A stretch of DNA of 63,395 nucleotides, filler included, from Deltaproteobacteria bacterium (lineage in GTDB: Bacteria > JAUYMQ01): NCBI GenBank assembly GCA_030698575.1. It is 12 parts of 12 records of this genome, joined end to end, with 100 filler letters (N's around TTAATTAATTAA, not from the genome) between each part and the next. Parts side by side here need not be neighbours in the genome. Positions count along the whole stretch, not along the records: positions 49,565 to 52,694 come from JAUYMQ010000424.1; positions 52,795 to 60,471 come from JAUYMQ010000445.1; positions 60,572 to 63,395 come from JAUYMQ010000450.1; 9 more parts are not named here. One strand, 5' to 3'. Below are positions 50,217-60,848 of the stretch, piece after piece; position 1 is the first letter of the stretch; every line of letters starts with the position of its first letter. The position numbers and the translations under genes are program-made. The notes below the pieces were generated by a model. It did not search any database and had not been told where the DNA came from. It was given only the letters and a program-made list of their open reading frames with translations.

Positions 50217-52694
50217 CTAAGATTTTCCGGATTCTTCGGTAGGAGGGGCCAGCGGCATTACGGAAACAGGCTCCGTAGCGCTTTTCTTCCCGCCCTTCTT
50301 TTTCTTTCCGCCCCTAAAAAGCCCGGCTACTTCCAAAGGACTCGGCGGTGGTTCCGTTTCCACAGGACTTGGCGGTGGAGGCGAAGCGTGTTCTGCGAGA
50401 CGGCGCTGGGCCACGCGCACGTAGAGAGCCTCGTCGTCATCGGGCTGGTAACCCGCGGTCGAGAGGTTCACTTGTCGATCGGCACGGCGTAGCGAGGCCG
50501 CTACCTTTTGAAGGCTGATCACGCCGTCGCTCGGTTCCCAGGCGACCCGAAGGATCGGATCTCCAATCCGACCCACGTAGACGATCGTGCTCTCTCGGCG
50601 TCCTGGACGTTCCGCCAGCCAGTACAGGGCGGATTGGATGGCCTTACCGAGCAAGAACGAGACCTGCTGAGCGGAACCTGACAGATCACAGTCAATCCGA
50701 GTTCCTCGGCGGAAGTTCATGATTCGCGTTGTGAGACCGCCGCGCGAGGGTGAAATCCAGATGAGGGTGTTCCGACCCACAACCTGAGCAACGGCCGGAG
50801 GCAGCGCGTATTCGTTAAGACGGCGCGTTCGGTGTAGTGAGCAGATCGCAGAGGAGGGGCGAACCGTGAACTTTCTAGCGCGACTGCTCGACTGTGTCTT
50901 CAAGATGTCCGCCGTCTCTTCCGCTGACAGCTGCGCTCTCTCCAATACCGCAGGCAGCGACGCCTCAAGACCTTGAAAGTCACCAGAGAGCTTCTCCGGG
51001 CGAAGACGACTGACGAGGTTCATGTGCTCCAGTGCCGGCAATCGCTCGGATAGCCTCCAGGTATCCGGCTTCGGAGACCCCTCACGAGGAAAGAGCGCGG
51101 CGAGCTTATCCGGCGTGATGTCCCAGTCTTCCGCACTCTTGCCGAGGGCCGCGAGAGCGACCTCTACGGCTTCTGGAGACCCCAACTGCCCCTGGAGGTA
51201 GGCCATCAGGTCGTCAACGGCTGATCGGCTCAGGTGTTGATCTTCCGGATTCTGACGTACCCCCCGTCGAGGAGGACGAGCACGTCGCCGTGCAGGGTTG
51301 GGCTTTGTCATCTGGCCCAAGTAGTTCGCCAGAAACATTGGATCTCGCGCCTGCTCCAGCGCCCACTCTCGGAGCGGCGGGTCGTAGTCTTCGGAGGCCG
51401 CAATCTCCAGAAGACGCTCACGCGCTTCGGGTGAAGGAAGGAGCTTCCCTGTGACCGGAAGGACCTGATAGTCGATCTGAATCCGATCCCGGAGTGCTTT
51501 TAGAGCCTTGACCATCTCCTCGGGCTTCTCAGGGTTCGGCAAGCGAATGCCGTACTGGACCATCTTCGCGAGCATTTGCTGCTCTCGCGTCAGGTCACGC
51601 TCTCGGAGGCGCAGAGAGAACCGATCTCCCTTCTCGTGGACGATCTCGAACAGTTGATCTCCGACCCGAGCATACGCATCTTTCTTTTTGATCTCCGCCT
51701 TGACCCTCTTGGCCGTGTCCGAGGGCAGAGAGAGACTGAACGTCGACAGGCCGCCCGATGAGACCATGCCGAGGATCTCAGCTTCCTGTTCGGGGTCTAG
51801 CGCGAGATCTACAGGATGGACTCCGGCTAGCAGTCCCACGAGCTTCTGTCGCCGACCGACGTGTGCTCCTGAGCAGAGGCCGGTTTGAGTGCAGATTTCT
51901 CCAGCCAGGCGGAAGATGCTCTGACGATTCTGAGGCATTTCGGTGCCTCGAATGTTTCCTTCAACATCCGCCGCTTGAAGCCGTCCTGCTATCCTCTTCG
52001 CGCGCCCCTTTCCACCGTCAAATCCAGCGACGATGCCGCGCTCTCCGACGATCTCTTCCGGAGGCAGCCGCCTCCCCCCACTAGAGAGGCCATCCGCAAG
52101 CGTCCGGAGATAGACGGCTTCTGCGATCTGCGTAGGAGATACCGTCAGACTCTTTAGAATCGAGAGGTTAGAGGCATCCTCAACTGCCGAAATCCCTTCC
52201 TTTTGAGCAGCCCGCTGAAGGTAACGACTCCACTCGGTGTTGAAACGTGTCGTGCGCGCAATCGCTGTGAAATCAAAAAGGTTAGACGTTCGGCGGTTTT
52301 CCCGAATGTTCGGAAGGAGCACCCCTCCGCTCAAGACGCTGCATTGTACGAGCGACTCCGTGAGCCGGAGGACATCCTCCGAAGGGAGATTCGGAACGTA
52401 CAGCCCGTCAGGGAAGCGGGGGACTTCCTGGCCCTCCTCATCCACGATACCCTCTACCCAGGGTGTGAGGAGGCTATCCACCACATCCAGGCTCGGGATA
52501 TTGGACTTCCAGTCTTCTTTAGGCACCCACAGTGAAGTCAAGACGATGCCTTTCCCACCCCCGACATCATGGACGGTACCGCGAAAATCATCAGGCAGCT
52601 TGGTCTTGTCCACAAGCAGCGTGCCTACGACAGAGAACGGAAGCGGAAGGCTTTGCCCAGCCTCTTGCATCTGCTGCCAGTGTTTGACAACGCG
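50217..52694 (-). CDS. large hypothetical protein, 5'-partial (possibly viral)
   Basis: >817-aa open frame reaching the contig edge; basic PNPARRRARPPRRGVRQNP segment; codon usage unlike other contigs. Confidence 0.7.
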   Translation of the reverse strand, partial: RVVKHWQQMQEAGQSLPLPFSVVGTLLVDKTKLPDDFRGTVHDVGGGKGIVLTSLWVPKEDWKSNIPSLDVVDSLLTPWVEGIVDEEGQEVPRFPDGLYVPNLPSEDVLRLTESLVQCSVLSGGVLLPNIRENRRTSNLFDFTAIARTTRFNTEWSRYLQRAAQKEGISAVEDASNLSILKSLTVSPTQIAEAVYLRTLADGLSSGGRRLPPEEIVGERGIVAGFDGGKGRAKRIAGRLQAADVEGNIRGTEMPQNRQSIFRLAGEICTQTGLCSGAHVGRRQKLVGLLAGVHPVDLALDPEQEAEILGMVSSGGLSTFSLSLPSDTAKRVKAEIKKKDAYARVGDQLFEIVHEKGDRFSLRLRERDLTREQQMLAKMVQYGIRLPNPEKPEEMVKALKALRDRIQIDYQVLPVTGKLLPSPEARERLLEIAASEDYDPPLREWALEQARDPMFLANYLGQMTKPNPARRRARPPRRGVRQNPEDQHLSRSAVDDLMAYLQGQLGSPEAVEVALAALGKSAEDWDITPDKLAALFPREGSPKPDTWRLSERLPALEHMNLVSRLRPEKLSGDFQGLEASLPAVLERAQLSAEETADILKTQSSSRARKFTVRPSSAICSLHRTRRLNEYALPPAVAQVVGRNTLIWISPSRGGLTTRIMNFRRGTRIDCDLSGSAQQVSFLLGKAIQSALYWLAERPGRRESTIVYVGRIGDPILRVAWEPSDGVISLQKVAASLRRADRQVNLSTAGYQPDDDEALYVRVAQRRLAEHASPPPPSPVETEPPPSPLEVAGLFRGGKKKKGGKKSATEPVSVMPLAPPTEESGKS

Positions 52695-52794
52695 NNNNNN
52701 NNNNNNNNNNNNNNNNNNNNNNNNNNNNNNNNNNNNNNTTAATTAATTAANNNNNNNNNNNNNNNNNNNNNNNNNNNNNNNNNNNNNNNNNNNN

Positions 52795-53718
52795 GCAGAT
52801 TCCGTCGGGGCCCGAGGAGATCTGCAGGAGGCTCGGATCCAGGGCGTCGTCGATTCTCACGGCCGTCGTGTCGCACACGCCGTCCGGCCCCGTCGCGATG
52901 AAGTCGGCGGTGAGGTTCGGCTGCTGCACGGTGTCGTCGCCTGCGGGAGCCGTCTGGAGAACCGCGTTCGGACCGGCGCCGACGCAAGCCGTGTCGGGGT
53001 CGCCCTGCCCGATCGGTAGGGTCTGGGCATCGCCCGGGTCGGAGGTGGTGTCGCAGATAACGTCGGCCGCCGAGTCGACGCAGAACCCGTTGAGCAGGCC
53101 CTGGCCCACAGGAATGGCCTGGTCGTCATTGGGGTCCGCGGTCGTGTCGCAGATGCCGTCGGGGCCGCTTGTGATCCGCCCGAAGATGACCTGGATCACG
53201 TCGTCGTTCGCGGGCATGGCCGTGTCGAGCGTGCCGTCGGCGCCGGCCTGCACGCAGGCGGACGAAGGCTGTCCCTGCCCCACCGGCACCGACTGGTTGT
53301 CGCTTGCGACGGCGGCCGTGTCGCAGATGCCGTCGGCGCCGCCGTCCACGCACACCGTGTTGGGCAACCCCTGGCCCACCGGCCGGTTCTGAGTGTCGTC
53401 GTCGATCAGGCGGGTTGTCAAGCCGCCGCCCGGGAGAAGCGAGATGGTGTGGCTCGTGGTGCCGATCACGATGGCGTTCCTGCGGGCGCCCTTCAAAGTG
53501 AGATTCTCTTTCCCGGCGACGACCACGGACTCGTTATAGACACCGTCTTCGAGAACCACCTGATCGCCGGTCTGGGCGGCGTCCACGGCCTCCTGGATCG
53601 TCGCGAACTGTCCCGTCGGACCCACGGTCAGCTGGTTCCCCTTATTCCCCGCCCCGGCGGGCACGGAATGGAGCAACACGAGCAGCCCCAGGACGGCCGC
53701 AAACACGGGCCTTCTCAT
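52795..53718 (-). CDS. secreted protein: beta-helix start followed by Cys/Asp-rich tandem repeats, partial
   Basis: Signal peptide; TIQEAVDAA..GVYNESV; repeats DxQxxPVGQGxPxxxCVxxGxDGxCDT. Confidence 0.8.
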
Positions 53719-53851
53719 GGGAAAACCTCCGGACTCGGCGGGAAAGGGTGGATCTTTATGATTCTTCGAACGATCCCGGGAAACCTTGAGGGCGAATGAA
53801 CGGGGCGTCGGCGGTTCCGGCGCCCCTCGAATACGGAGAACGTCCGCCATC

Positions 53852-55093
53852 TCAGCGCATGGACACCGGCGGATCAGTGGGGAGCGCCGGACGCCGCGTG
53901 TTCCGCGTGCCCGTGGTCGTTGCATCGGGAATGGCATACCCCTGGCCCGACGCCGCGCCCGATTCAAGACTTGCCACGCAGCGCACAAAGAAATTCGCCG
54001 TGGAGCCGAGAATGACATTGAAGTCCGGCAGTACGCTCGTGAAAAAACCGGTCCCGACACGGAGGGCGGTGCTCCGGTCGATAAGATTCCGGTCGCCCGT
54101 GATCAAGACCTGGGATCCCACATTTTGGCTCGAGACCGTAAGCTGCAGCTCGTTGCCGTCGCCGGCCATATGGACGCCGTGGCCCATGTTGCGGATGGAG
54201 GTGCAGCTGCTGATGTAGTTGCCACTGCCATTCTCCGAGAACCCATCCCCCGGCAAGGGCGCCGCAGCGTTGCTCAGCCCCGCCACATTGCGGAAGTGGA
54301 TCACGCCCCGGCTGGCCGGCGCGTCGAAGAACTGGGCGATCGCGTTGCTGTCCGCCGCGCTCCGCTGGAGGATGGCCGTCGGCCCGTCGACATAGAACCC
54401 GTACTGCTGGACTCCGGGGGCGGTGGTATCCTTGGCCGTGCAGCGCTGGACGTCCGCGCTGCTCCCCGTGATCCGGATGCCGGCCATGCCGTTGTCGTTG
54501 GCGGTCACGTTGTGGATCTGGCCGAAAGTGGCGCCCATCTCCACGCCGTCGCCGAGGTTGCCGTTCAACGTGCACGAGGTGACCATCGTGTTGGTGCTCA
54601 GCATGTCGACGTTCACACCGTCCATCGCGGTCCCCAGAAGTGGGAGCGTAGTGGGCGTCTTCACGTTGTTGATAATCACCTTATGGGCGCTCACCACCGC
54701 GATGCCGTGGCTCGTGTTGGACCCGACCGTCATGTTCTGGAGGGTCACGTTGACGGCGTCGGCCGTGACGGTGATAGCAGGGCCCGCCTGGCCCTGGATG
54801 ATCGTCGCCCCGCTGCTCTTCGTCCCGCTCCCCTTGATGGTCAGCTTGGAGAAGGGCACCACGCCCTCAGGGCATCCCGCCGCGAACGTCTGGAGGCCCA
54901 CGACGACGGATTCGGCGCAGGTTCCCGTGACCAGGATCACGTCGTTCGAGCAGGCCGCGTTGACGGCGGTCTGCACCGACGCCGGGCAGGTCACCGTGAG
55001 CGTGGCGGCGCCCGCCACGTCGATCCCGAGCATTCCCGCCGTCAGCATTGCCACGGCGGCGGCCGCCAGGATCCCCATCGAGCGAAATCGCAT
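53852..55093 (-). CDS. secreted right-handed parallel beta-helix protein
   Basis: Signal peptide; SVQTAVNAA..GTCAESVVV; repeated NxGxGI/V coils. Confidence 0.8.
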   Translation of the reverse strand: MRFRSMGILAAAAVAMLTAGMLGIDVAGAATLTVTCPASVQTAVNAACSNDVILVTGTCAESVVVGLQTFAAGCPEGVVPFSKLTIKGSGTKSSGATIIQGQAGPAITVTADAVNVTLQNMTVGSNTSHGIAVVSAHKVIINNVKTPTTLPLLGTAMDGVNVDMLSTNTMVTSCTLNGNLGDGVEMGATFGQIHNVTANDNGMAGIRITGSSADVQRCTAKDTTAPGVQQYGFYVDGPTAILQRSAADSNAIAQFFDAPASRGVIHFRNVAGLSNAAAPLPGDGFSENGSGNYISSCTSIRNMGHGVHMAGDGNELQLTVSSQNVGSQVLITGDRNLIDRSTALRVGTGFFTSVLPDFNVILGSTANFFVRCVASLESGAASGQGYAIPDATTTGTRNTRRPALPTDPPVSMR

Positions 55094-55505
55094 TGAATCT
55101 CCCCCCCCCTGTTTCTCCGCGGTTTGGTCCGCGGACCCCCGGCCCAACCCTTCCGGTCGAAAATTTCGTTCAAGTTACAGGCCCTTACCCGGGGTTGTCA
55201 ACGATTCTTGCCGCACGCGCAGCACTCGAGGTGTGGCGGGGATTCTCGAACCGGGTCGCGTACCACGATCGGATCGGGACAAACACCTTCATTCAGGCGC
55301 TTTCTTGTGAAAAGGCGCAACAGTCCGGAATATTGACGCTTTCACCTGAAACAAATGAGCACTCGTTTGTGGCACTGGCGCGGCCTTCCCCGACCCCCGC
55401 CCCATATCCGATGGGATATACTGCGACGCGCCCAGCGGCGGCGGCGATCTTTCATGATTCACCACACCGGCGTCACACTGCGAACGCGCGATCTCGAGGC
55501 AGCGG

Positions 55506-56117
55506 ATGGGGGAGCATCGGCACGAAGGGGTGCCATCGGAGTTCATTCGCGAGTGGCTCCCGCGCGTGGCGAAGGGCCGTGCGCTCGACGTCGCCATGGG
55601 CGAGGGAAGGCACGCCCTTCTCATGGCGGCCTCGGGTTTCGACGTTCTGGGAGTCGATCGCGACGAGGCGGCAATCTCGCGTGCGCGCTCGGCGGCAAGG
55701 GCCGGGGGTCTCACCCTCGACGCACGCCTCCTCGATCTTGAAATAGCGGGGCTGGCGCCGCTCGCTCCCGGTGGACATCCAGCGCAGCTCGCACTTGCGC
55801 TTGTCGTGAACGTCAATTATCTGCAGCGTGACCTTTTCCCTTCTTTCATCGAGGCACTCTCACCCGGGGGATGGATCCTTTTCGAGACCTTCACCACGGA
55901 CCATCCGCGCGTGAGTCGTGCGGGGCGGCCTTCGAATCCCGACTACCTTCTCTGTCCCAGTGAATTGAAGAATGCATTTTCCGGGCTCCTGATCGAGGCT
56001 TACAGCGAGACCGTCATCCCGGCCGGAGACGGAGATCGAAAGGCGGTGGCGCGCCTGGCCGCGCGCCGTCCCGAAGGCGTGCCGGTGACAACGAGGTTGT
56101 CCGGAGAGAAGGGCTGA
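55506..56117 (+). CDS. class I SAM-dependent methyltransferase (TehB-like)
   Basis: GRALDVAMGEGR, NYLQRDLF, LSPGG, NPDYLL. Confidence 0.85.
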   Translation: MGEHRHEGVPSEFIREWLPRVAKGRALDVAMGEGRHALLMAASGFDVLGVDRDEAAISRARSAARAGGLTLDARLLDLEIAGLAPLAPGGHPAQLALALVVNVNYLQRDLFPSFIEALSPGGWILFETFTTDHPRVSRAGRPSNPDYLLCPSELKNAFSGLLIEAYSETVIPAGDGDRKAVARLAARRPEGVPVTTRLSGEKG

Positions 56118-56166
56118 GCGGGGTCGCAACCGATTGCGTGCCGGGGAGGCCCGGGGAGGGAATAAC

Positions 56167-57162
56167 ATGCGTGTGCTCGTCACGGGGGGGACAGGTTTTC
56201 TGGGCGGCAGCCTGGTCGAGCGACTCGTCTCACGTGGAGACAAGGTCCGCGTCCTCGTCAGGCGGACGAGCGACACAGCGTTCCTCCGATCGCTCGGCGT
56301 CGAGATGGCCGAGGGCGACGTCACCGATCGCGCGTCGGTGATGGAGGCGTGCCAGGGCGTCGAGATCGTCTATCATGCCGCCGCCTTCTCTTCCGACTGG
56401 GGCGCCTACGATCACTTCCACGCCGTCAACGTGGAAGGGACGCAGAACGTCATCGACGCGTGCCGGGAAGCCCGTATCCAGCGGCTCGTCCACGTGAGCA
56501 CGCAAAGTGTCGTTTTCGCCTTCGACGATCACCATGGCACCGATGAGAGCTATCCGATCCCGCCCAGGCACCGTGATTTCTACAGCGCAACGAAGGCCGA
56601 GGCCGAACGCCGCGTGCTCGATGCCCATGGCGGGGCTCTTTTCACCACAGCCATCCGGCCCCACATCATCTGGGGTCCGCGAGACACCAAGTTTCTCCCC
56701 CGCATCGAGGCGCTCGCTCGCAAGGGCCAGCTCGTGCTCGTGGGCGGGGGGCGATCGCTCTGCTCGATCTCCTACATCGACAACGTGGTTGACGCCCTCC
56801 TGCTGGGCGCCGAGCGTGACGCCGCGGGCGGCGAGGCATTCTTCATAGTCGACCGGGAGCCCGTCGAAGTACGCCACTTCGTCGGGAGACTCTGCGAGGC
56901 GGTCGGGGCGCCTCTGCCGACCCTCTCGGTGCCCTACCGGCTCGCCTTTGGTTCGGCCATCGCTCTCGAGTGGGTGTGGCGCCTGCTGGGCAGGCAGACC
57001 CCTCCTCCCATCAGCCGCTACGGAGTGGCGCTGCTGTCCCGCAACACGGTTTTCCGCTGGGAGAAGGCCCACCGCCTGCTGGGTTACACGCCCGGCGTGG
57101 AATTTCAGGAAGGGATGCGCAGGCTCATGGAGTGGAGGGCTCGAAACCCTCCCCGCGATTGA
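56167..57162 (+). CDS. NAD-dependent epimerase / 3-beta-HSD family protein
   Basis: VTGGTGFLG, YSATKAEAE, IRPHIIWGPRD. Confidence 0.9.
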   Translation: MRVLVTGGTGFLGGSLVERLVSRGDKVRVLVRRTSDTAFLRSLGVEMAEGDVTDRASVMEACQGVEIVYHAAAFSSDWGAYDHFHAVNVEGTQNVIDACREARIQRLVHVSTQSVVFAFDDHHGTDESYPIPPRHRDFYSATKAEAERRVLDAHGGALFTTAIRPHIIWGPRDTKFLPRIEALARKGQLVLVGGGRSLCSISYIDNVVDALLLGAERDAAGGEAFFIVDREPVEVRHFVGRLCEAVGAPLPTLSVPYRLAFGSAIALEWVWRLLGRQTPPPISRYGVALLSRNTVFRWEKAHRLLGYTPGVEFQEGMRRLMEWRARNPPRD

Positions 57163-59836
57163 AGTCCCCGGCGAGATGGTCGGAAAGGGGGCCCAGCGGG
57201 AGGAAGATCGAAAACGTCGTCCCCGCACCGAGCTCGCTCACCACGTGAATCCGGCCACCATGCTTGTGCACGATGTCCCGTGCGATCGGCAGCCCGAGGC
57301 CGGTGCCGCTCGACTCCGCCTTCGTCGTGACGAAGGGGCGGAAGATCTCGTCCATCATTCCAGCCGGAATTCCACTGCCTGAGTCGCGCACCGACAGCTC
57401 CACACAGGGCCTCGAAAACCCCTCCGCGCCGTTGGCGTGATGCCGCGTGGCGATCCAGATGTCTCCCTCGTTCGGGATGGCCTGGATGGCGTTGGCGAGG
57501 AGGTTGACTATCACCTGCTTGATCTGCCCTTCGACGCAGCGGACCGGCATCAGCTCAGGATCGTCGTCCCGGTGCACGTTGATGCGCCCCCTTGTCTGGC
57601 TCAGCAGGAGCATGAGGCTGCTTTCCACGCAGGATCGGAGGTCCGTCTGCTGGATGAGCTGCTCGTCGCGCCTCGAGTAGGTGCGCAGGTTGCGGATAAT
57701 CTCCTTCGAACGGTTCCCGCCCTCGATGAAGCCCAGAGCCAGATCGCCCAGGTCCTCCAGGATAGCGTCGAGATCGATCTTTCGGGCGAGCGTCTCCAGA
57801 TCCGCGTCGCCCCGCGCGTGCTCCCGGGCCGCCGTCACGTAGCTCCCGAGATCCCGGAGGTAGCCCTCCAGCGCACGCGCGTTCGAGGCGAGATAGGCAA
57901 TCGGTGTGCTCAGTTCGTGCGCCGTTCCGGCCAGCAGTTCCCCGAGAACCGAAAGCTTCTCCTGATGGACCACCAGCTCTTCGAGACGGCGGTTCGTGGT
58001 CTCGAGGTCGCGGTTTCTCGACTGCAGCTCGCGCTCCATCGTGCGCTGGCGCAGGAGGCCCGCAACCCTGGCCTTGAACTCGGCCACGCTGAAGGGTTTG
58101 TACAGGTAGTCGCTGGCGCCCTTCTGCATCCCCTGGATCTTCTGGTCGAGGCCGATCCGCGCGGTCACCATGATGATGGGAATCCGGGAGGTGGATTCGT
58201 TCTCTCTCAGCCGTCGGACCAGCTCGATTCCGTTGATGCCCGGCATCATGACGTCGAGCACGACGAGATCGGGGATCCGCTCCGTGGCGATGCGGAGGGC
58301 GCGGATGCCGTCACGGGCGGTCACAACGCGGTATTCAACCCCCAGCGCGTCGGCCATGAAGCGCAACATGTCAGGGTTGTCGTCCGCCACCAGGATGAGC
58401 GGCTCCGCCTCCCCTTGCTCGTCCTGGGGGCGTGCCTCGATCTGCTCCTCCTCCTCGTCCAGCGAGATGTCGCTCAGCTCCTGATCGATGAAGGCCTGGC
58501 CCGTGCGCGGGGTATCCGTCCCTTCAATTGCCGCGGTGCTCTCGGCCGCCGTCTCCACCGGTAGCGTTATCGTGAAGGTCGCGCCCTCCCCGGGCGTGGT
58601 TTCCACCTCCACGTGGCCGCCGTGAAGTTCCGTGAACTCCTTCACGAGGGTGAGCCCCAGGCCGGTGCCGCCGAATCGCCGCTGCGTAGAGCCCTCGGCC
58701 TGGCTGAACCTTTCGAAAAGGTGCGGAATGAACTCCGGCGCAATCCCGATGCCGCTGTCCGCGACGCGGATTCGCACAACCTCCCCATGCCGGGAAGCCG
58801 AAACGAGCACGCTCCCGCCCGAAGGGGTGAACTTGATCGCGTTGGAGAGGAGATTGAGGAGGATCTTCTCGAACTTCTCCGGGTCGACGAGGATCCTGGG
58901 CAGGTCCTGATCGAGCATGGGCCGGAGAGAAATCCGCTTCCGGACCGCAATGGGCCCGGCTGCGTTGACGAGGTTCTCGATGAAGAGGCCGATGTCTGTC
59001 GGCTCACGGAGCAGCGCCGCCCGATCGGCATCGATCTTCACCACGTCGAGAAGGTGATTGATCTGCCGCAGCAGCCGCAGTCCGTTCTCGTACATCGAGT
59101 CGACGTACCGTTTCTGATTCTCGGTCAGCTCGCCCAGATCGCCGTTTCGCATCGTTTCGAGGGGCGCCAGAACGAGGGTGAGCGGAGTGCGCAGCTCGTG
59201 GCTGACATTCGAGAAGAAACGCGACTTGGCCTCGCTCAGCTCCTTGAGATGATCGTAGGCCCGCCGCAGCTCGTCGCGCCGGAGGAACTCGGATACGCGA
59301 ATCCGCTCGCCTACCCTTCCAGCGACCGTGCTCACGGCGACACCCGACAGAAGAAACACATTGTGGAGCATGAAGGGGATGAGGTCCCCGACGTAGGAAC
59401 CCATGACGCCGGGGATGAGGTACGTAAGATAGAGCACGCTGTTCACGCGAAAGGCCTCGAGCCCCGTGACCGGGAACAGAATGACCAGCCCGAACATCAG
59501 CAGCAGGAATCCGACGTAGTAGTTGTTCTGATAGGTCCCTGCCCCGTTCACGACCACCGTGAGCATGAGCCCCGTGGCGATGACCGCGATCCGCTTCATT
59601 CTGCCGGAATTCCGGGGAGTGACTCTGAAGTAGGCAAGGGCGAGCACTACGTCGAGAGCGAGCCGGACGGCGAGGTAGATCTCGAACATGTCCGGAAAAA
59701 CGAAATAGTCGACGACCTTGAAGGCCTGGTTGATGCCGAAACAGAGGACGCTGAAGAACCGGACGTTGACGTAGGTCTGCTCGCCCTGCTCGGCCGCGTA
59801 GGCCGCGCGCAATGCCGGGGTCATCTGGTTCTCCAT
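57125..59836 (-). CDS. membrane hybrid kinase with TM-HisKA-HATPase-REC-HisKA-HATPase architecture
   Basis: SHELRTPL, NAIKFT, GTGLGL; REC (VADD, LDVMMP, KPF); second AHELSTP, NAIQA, GTGLGL. Confidence 0.9.
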   Translation of the reverse strand: MENQMTPALRAAYAAEQGEQTYVNVRFFSVLCFGINQAFKVVDYFVFPDMFEIYLAVRLALDVVLALAYFRVTPRNSGRMKRIAVIATGLMLTVVVNGAGTYQNNYYVGFLLLMFGLVILFPVTGLEAFRVNSVLYLTYLIPGVMGSYVGDLIPFMLHNVFLLSGVAVSTVAGRVGERIRVSEFLRRDELRRAYDHLKELSEAKSRFFSNVSHELRTPLTLVLAPLETMRNGDLGELTENQKRYVDSMYENGLRLLRQINHLLDVVKIDADRAALLREPTDIGLFIENLVNAAGPIAVRKRISLRPMLDQDLPRILVDPEKFEKILLNLLSNAIKFTPSGGSVLVSASRHGEVVRIRVADSGIGIAPEFIPHLFERFSQAEGSTQRRFGGTGLGLTLVKEFTELHGGHVEVETTPGEGATFTITLPVETAAESTAAIEGTDTPRTGQAFIDQELSDISLDEEEEQIEARPQDEQGEAEPLILVADDNPDMLRFMADALGVEYRVVTARDGIRALRIATERIPDLVVLDVMMPGINGIELVRRLRENESTSRIPIIMVTARIGLDQKIQGMQKGASDYLYKPFSVAEFKARVAGLLRQRTMERELQSRNRDLETTNRRLEELVVHQEKLSVLGELLAGTAHELSTPIAYLASNARALEGYLRDLGSYVTAAREHARGDADLETLARKIDLDAILEDLGDLALGFIEGGNRSKEIIRNLRTYSRRDEQLIQQTDLRSCVESSLMLLLSQTRGRINVHRDDDPELMPVRCVEGQIKQVIVNLLANAIQAIPNEGDIWIATRHHANGAEGFSRPCVELSVRDSGSGIPAGMMDEIFRPFVTTKAESSGTGLGLPIARDIVHKHGGRIHVVSELGAGTTFSIFLPLGPLSDHLAGDFNRGEGFEPSTP

Positions 59837-60053
59837 CCGTCTCCCTGCCGCCTCCGGCCTCCTCGTGCCGGACGCATGGCGCCCTTTCGGGCGCGCGCCC
59901 GGAGAGGGCGGGGCCCGGATTCTCATCGGGTGCCCGAGCGCCTGGCTTTAAGGATTGCGCTGAAGCAGCACTGTAACGAGATCGCTTCGGGCGGATGGGG
60001 CGGTTCCGGGAGCTGGATGGCCTGTTCGGGCGGGGCTGAGGGCGGCCGCGGGG

Positions 60054-60471
60054 TCAGGCTCGGCGGCCCGAGAGCACATAGGCCTGTGGCGGGTCTCCGA
60101 AGGTGTCGGTCACGTGAACGTCACGGAATCCTGCGTCACGGAAGATCTCGACGAGGCGCTCACGCGGGAGGAACTCGAAGGCGCCGGCTTCCTCGAGGTT
60201 CAGGATCCCGGCCGCCTTGTTCAGGAAGGTGCGCGCGGAGTTCAGGAGATCGTCCCGCGTGAGGCCTTCGGGAATCTCGAGTTCCGGGGAGCGCCGGAGC
60301 CGTTCGATGAGCCGCATGTAGATGCGCGAGACGTCGGCATCGGGCTTCATGCTCGACAGCACGAGCGAACCGCCCGGTGCGAGAAGCCGGTGAAATTCCC
60401 CGATGGTGGCTTCGGGCCGGTAGAGGTAGCAGACGACCAGGCTCGAGAGGATGCGATTGTAGGAGCCTTCC
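60054..60471 (-). CDS. C-terminal SAM-methyltransferase domain, 5'-partial
   Basis: ILSSLVVCYL..EFHRLLAPGGSLVLSSMKPDAD. Confidence 0.75.
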
Positions 60472-60571
60472 NNNNNNNNNNNNNNNNNNNNNNNNNNNNN
60501 NNNNNNNNNNNNNNNTTAATTAATTAANNNNNNNNNNNNNNNNNNNNNNNNNNNNNNNNNNNNNNNNNNNN

Positions 60572-60784
60572 GCGCAGTGGGACGCGATCAAGGAGGCGGC
60601 GTCGGAAGCCATCGACCGCCTGGGCGGGGCGACGACGCACCATCACGCTGTCGGGCGCGACCACCAGCCCTGGTATCTGAACGAATGCCCCCCGCTGGTG
60701 GCCGATGCGCTGCGCGCCGCCAAGAAGCGTCTCGATCCACGGGGCATCCTGAACCCGGGCGTTCTCTTCGACCGGCTCGTCTAG
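60572..60784 (+). CDS. FAD-linked oxidase (alkyl-DHAP synthase-like), C-terminal fragment
   Basis: GGATTHHHAVGRDH, AKKRLDPRGILNPG. Confidence 0.85.
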   Translation, partial: AQWDAIKEAASEAIDRLGGATTHHHAVGRDHQPWYLNECPPLVADALRAAKKRLDPRGILNPGVLFDRLV

Positions 60785-60848
60785 GTGCGTGAAAGCCCGC
60801 CGATTCCGCCTCCGCGCGCCGCGCGGGGGCGCACAGAGGAGGTGCGTG

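Noticed and set aside
50139-50219. The two ORFs of the foreign contig are in frame and separated only by TAG codons, suggesting amber recoding
   Set aside because: The >817-codon ORF has no internal TAG, and the downstream gene has its own GGAGG plus TTG start
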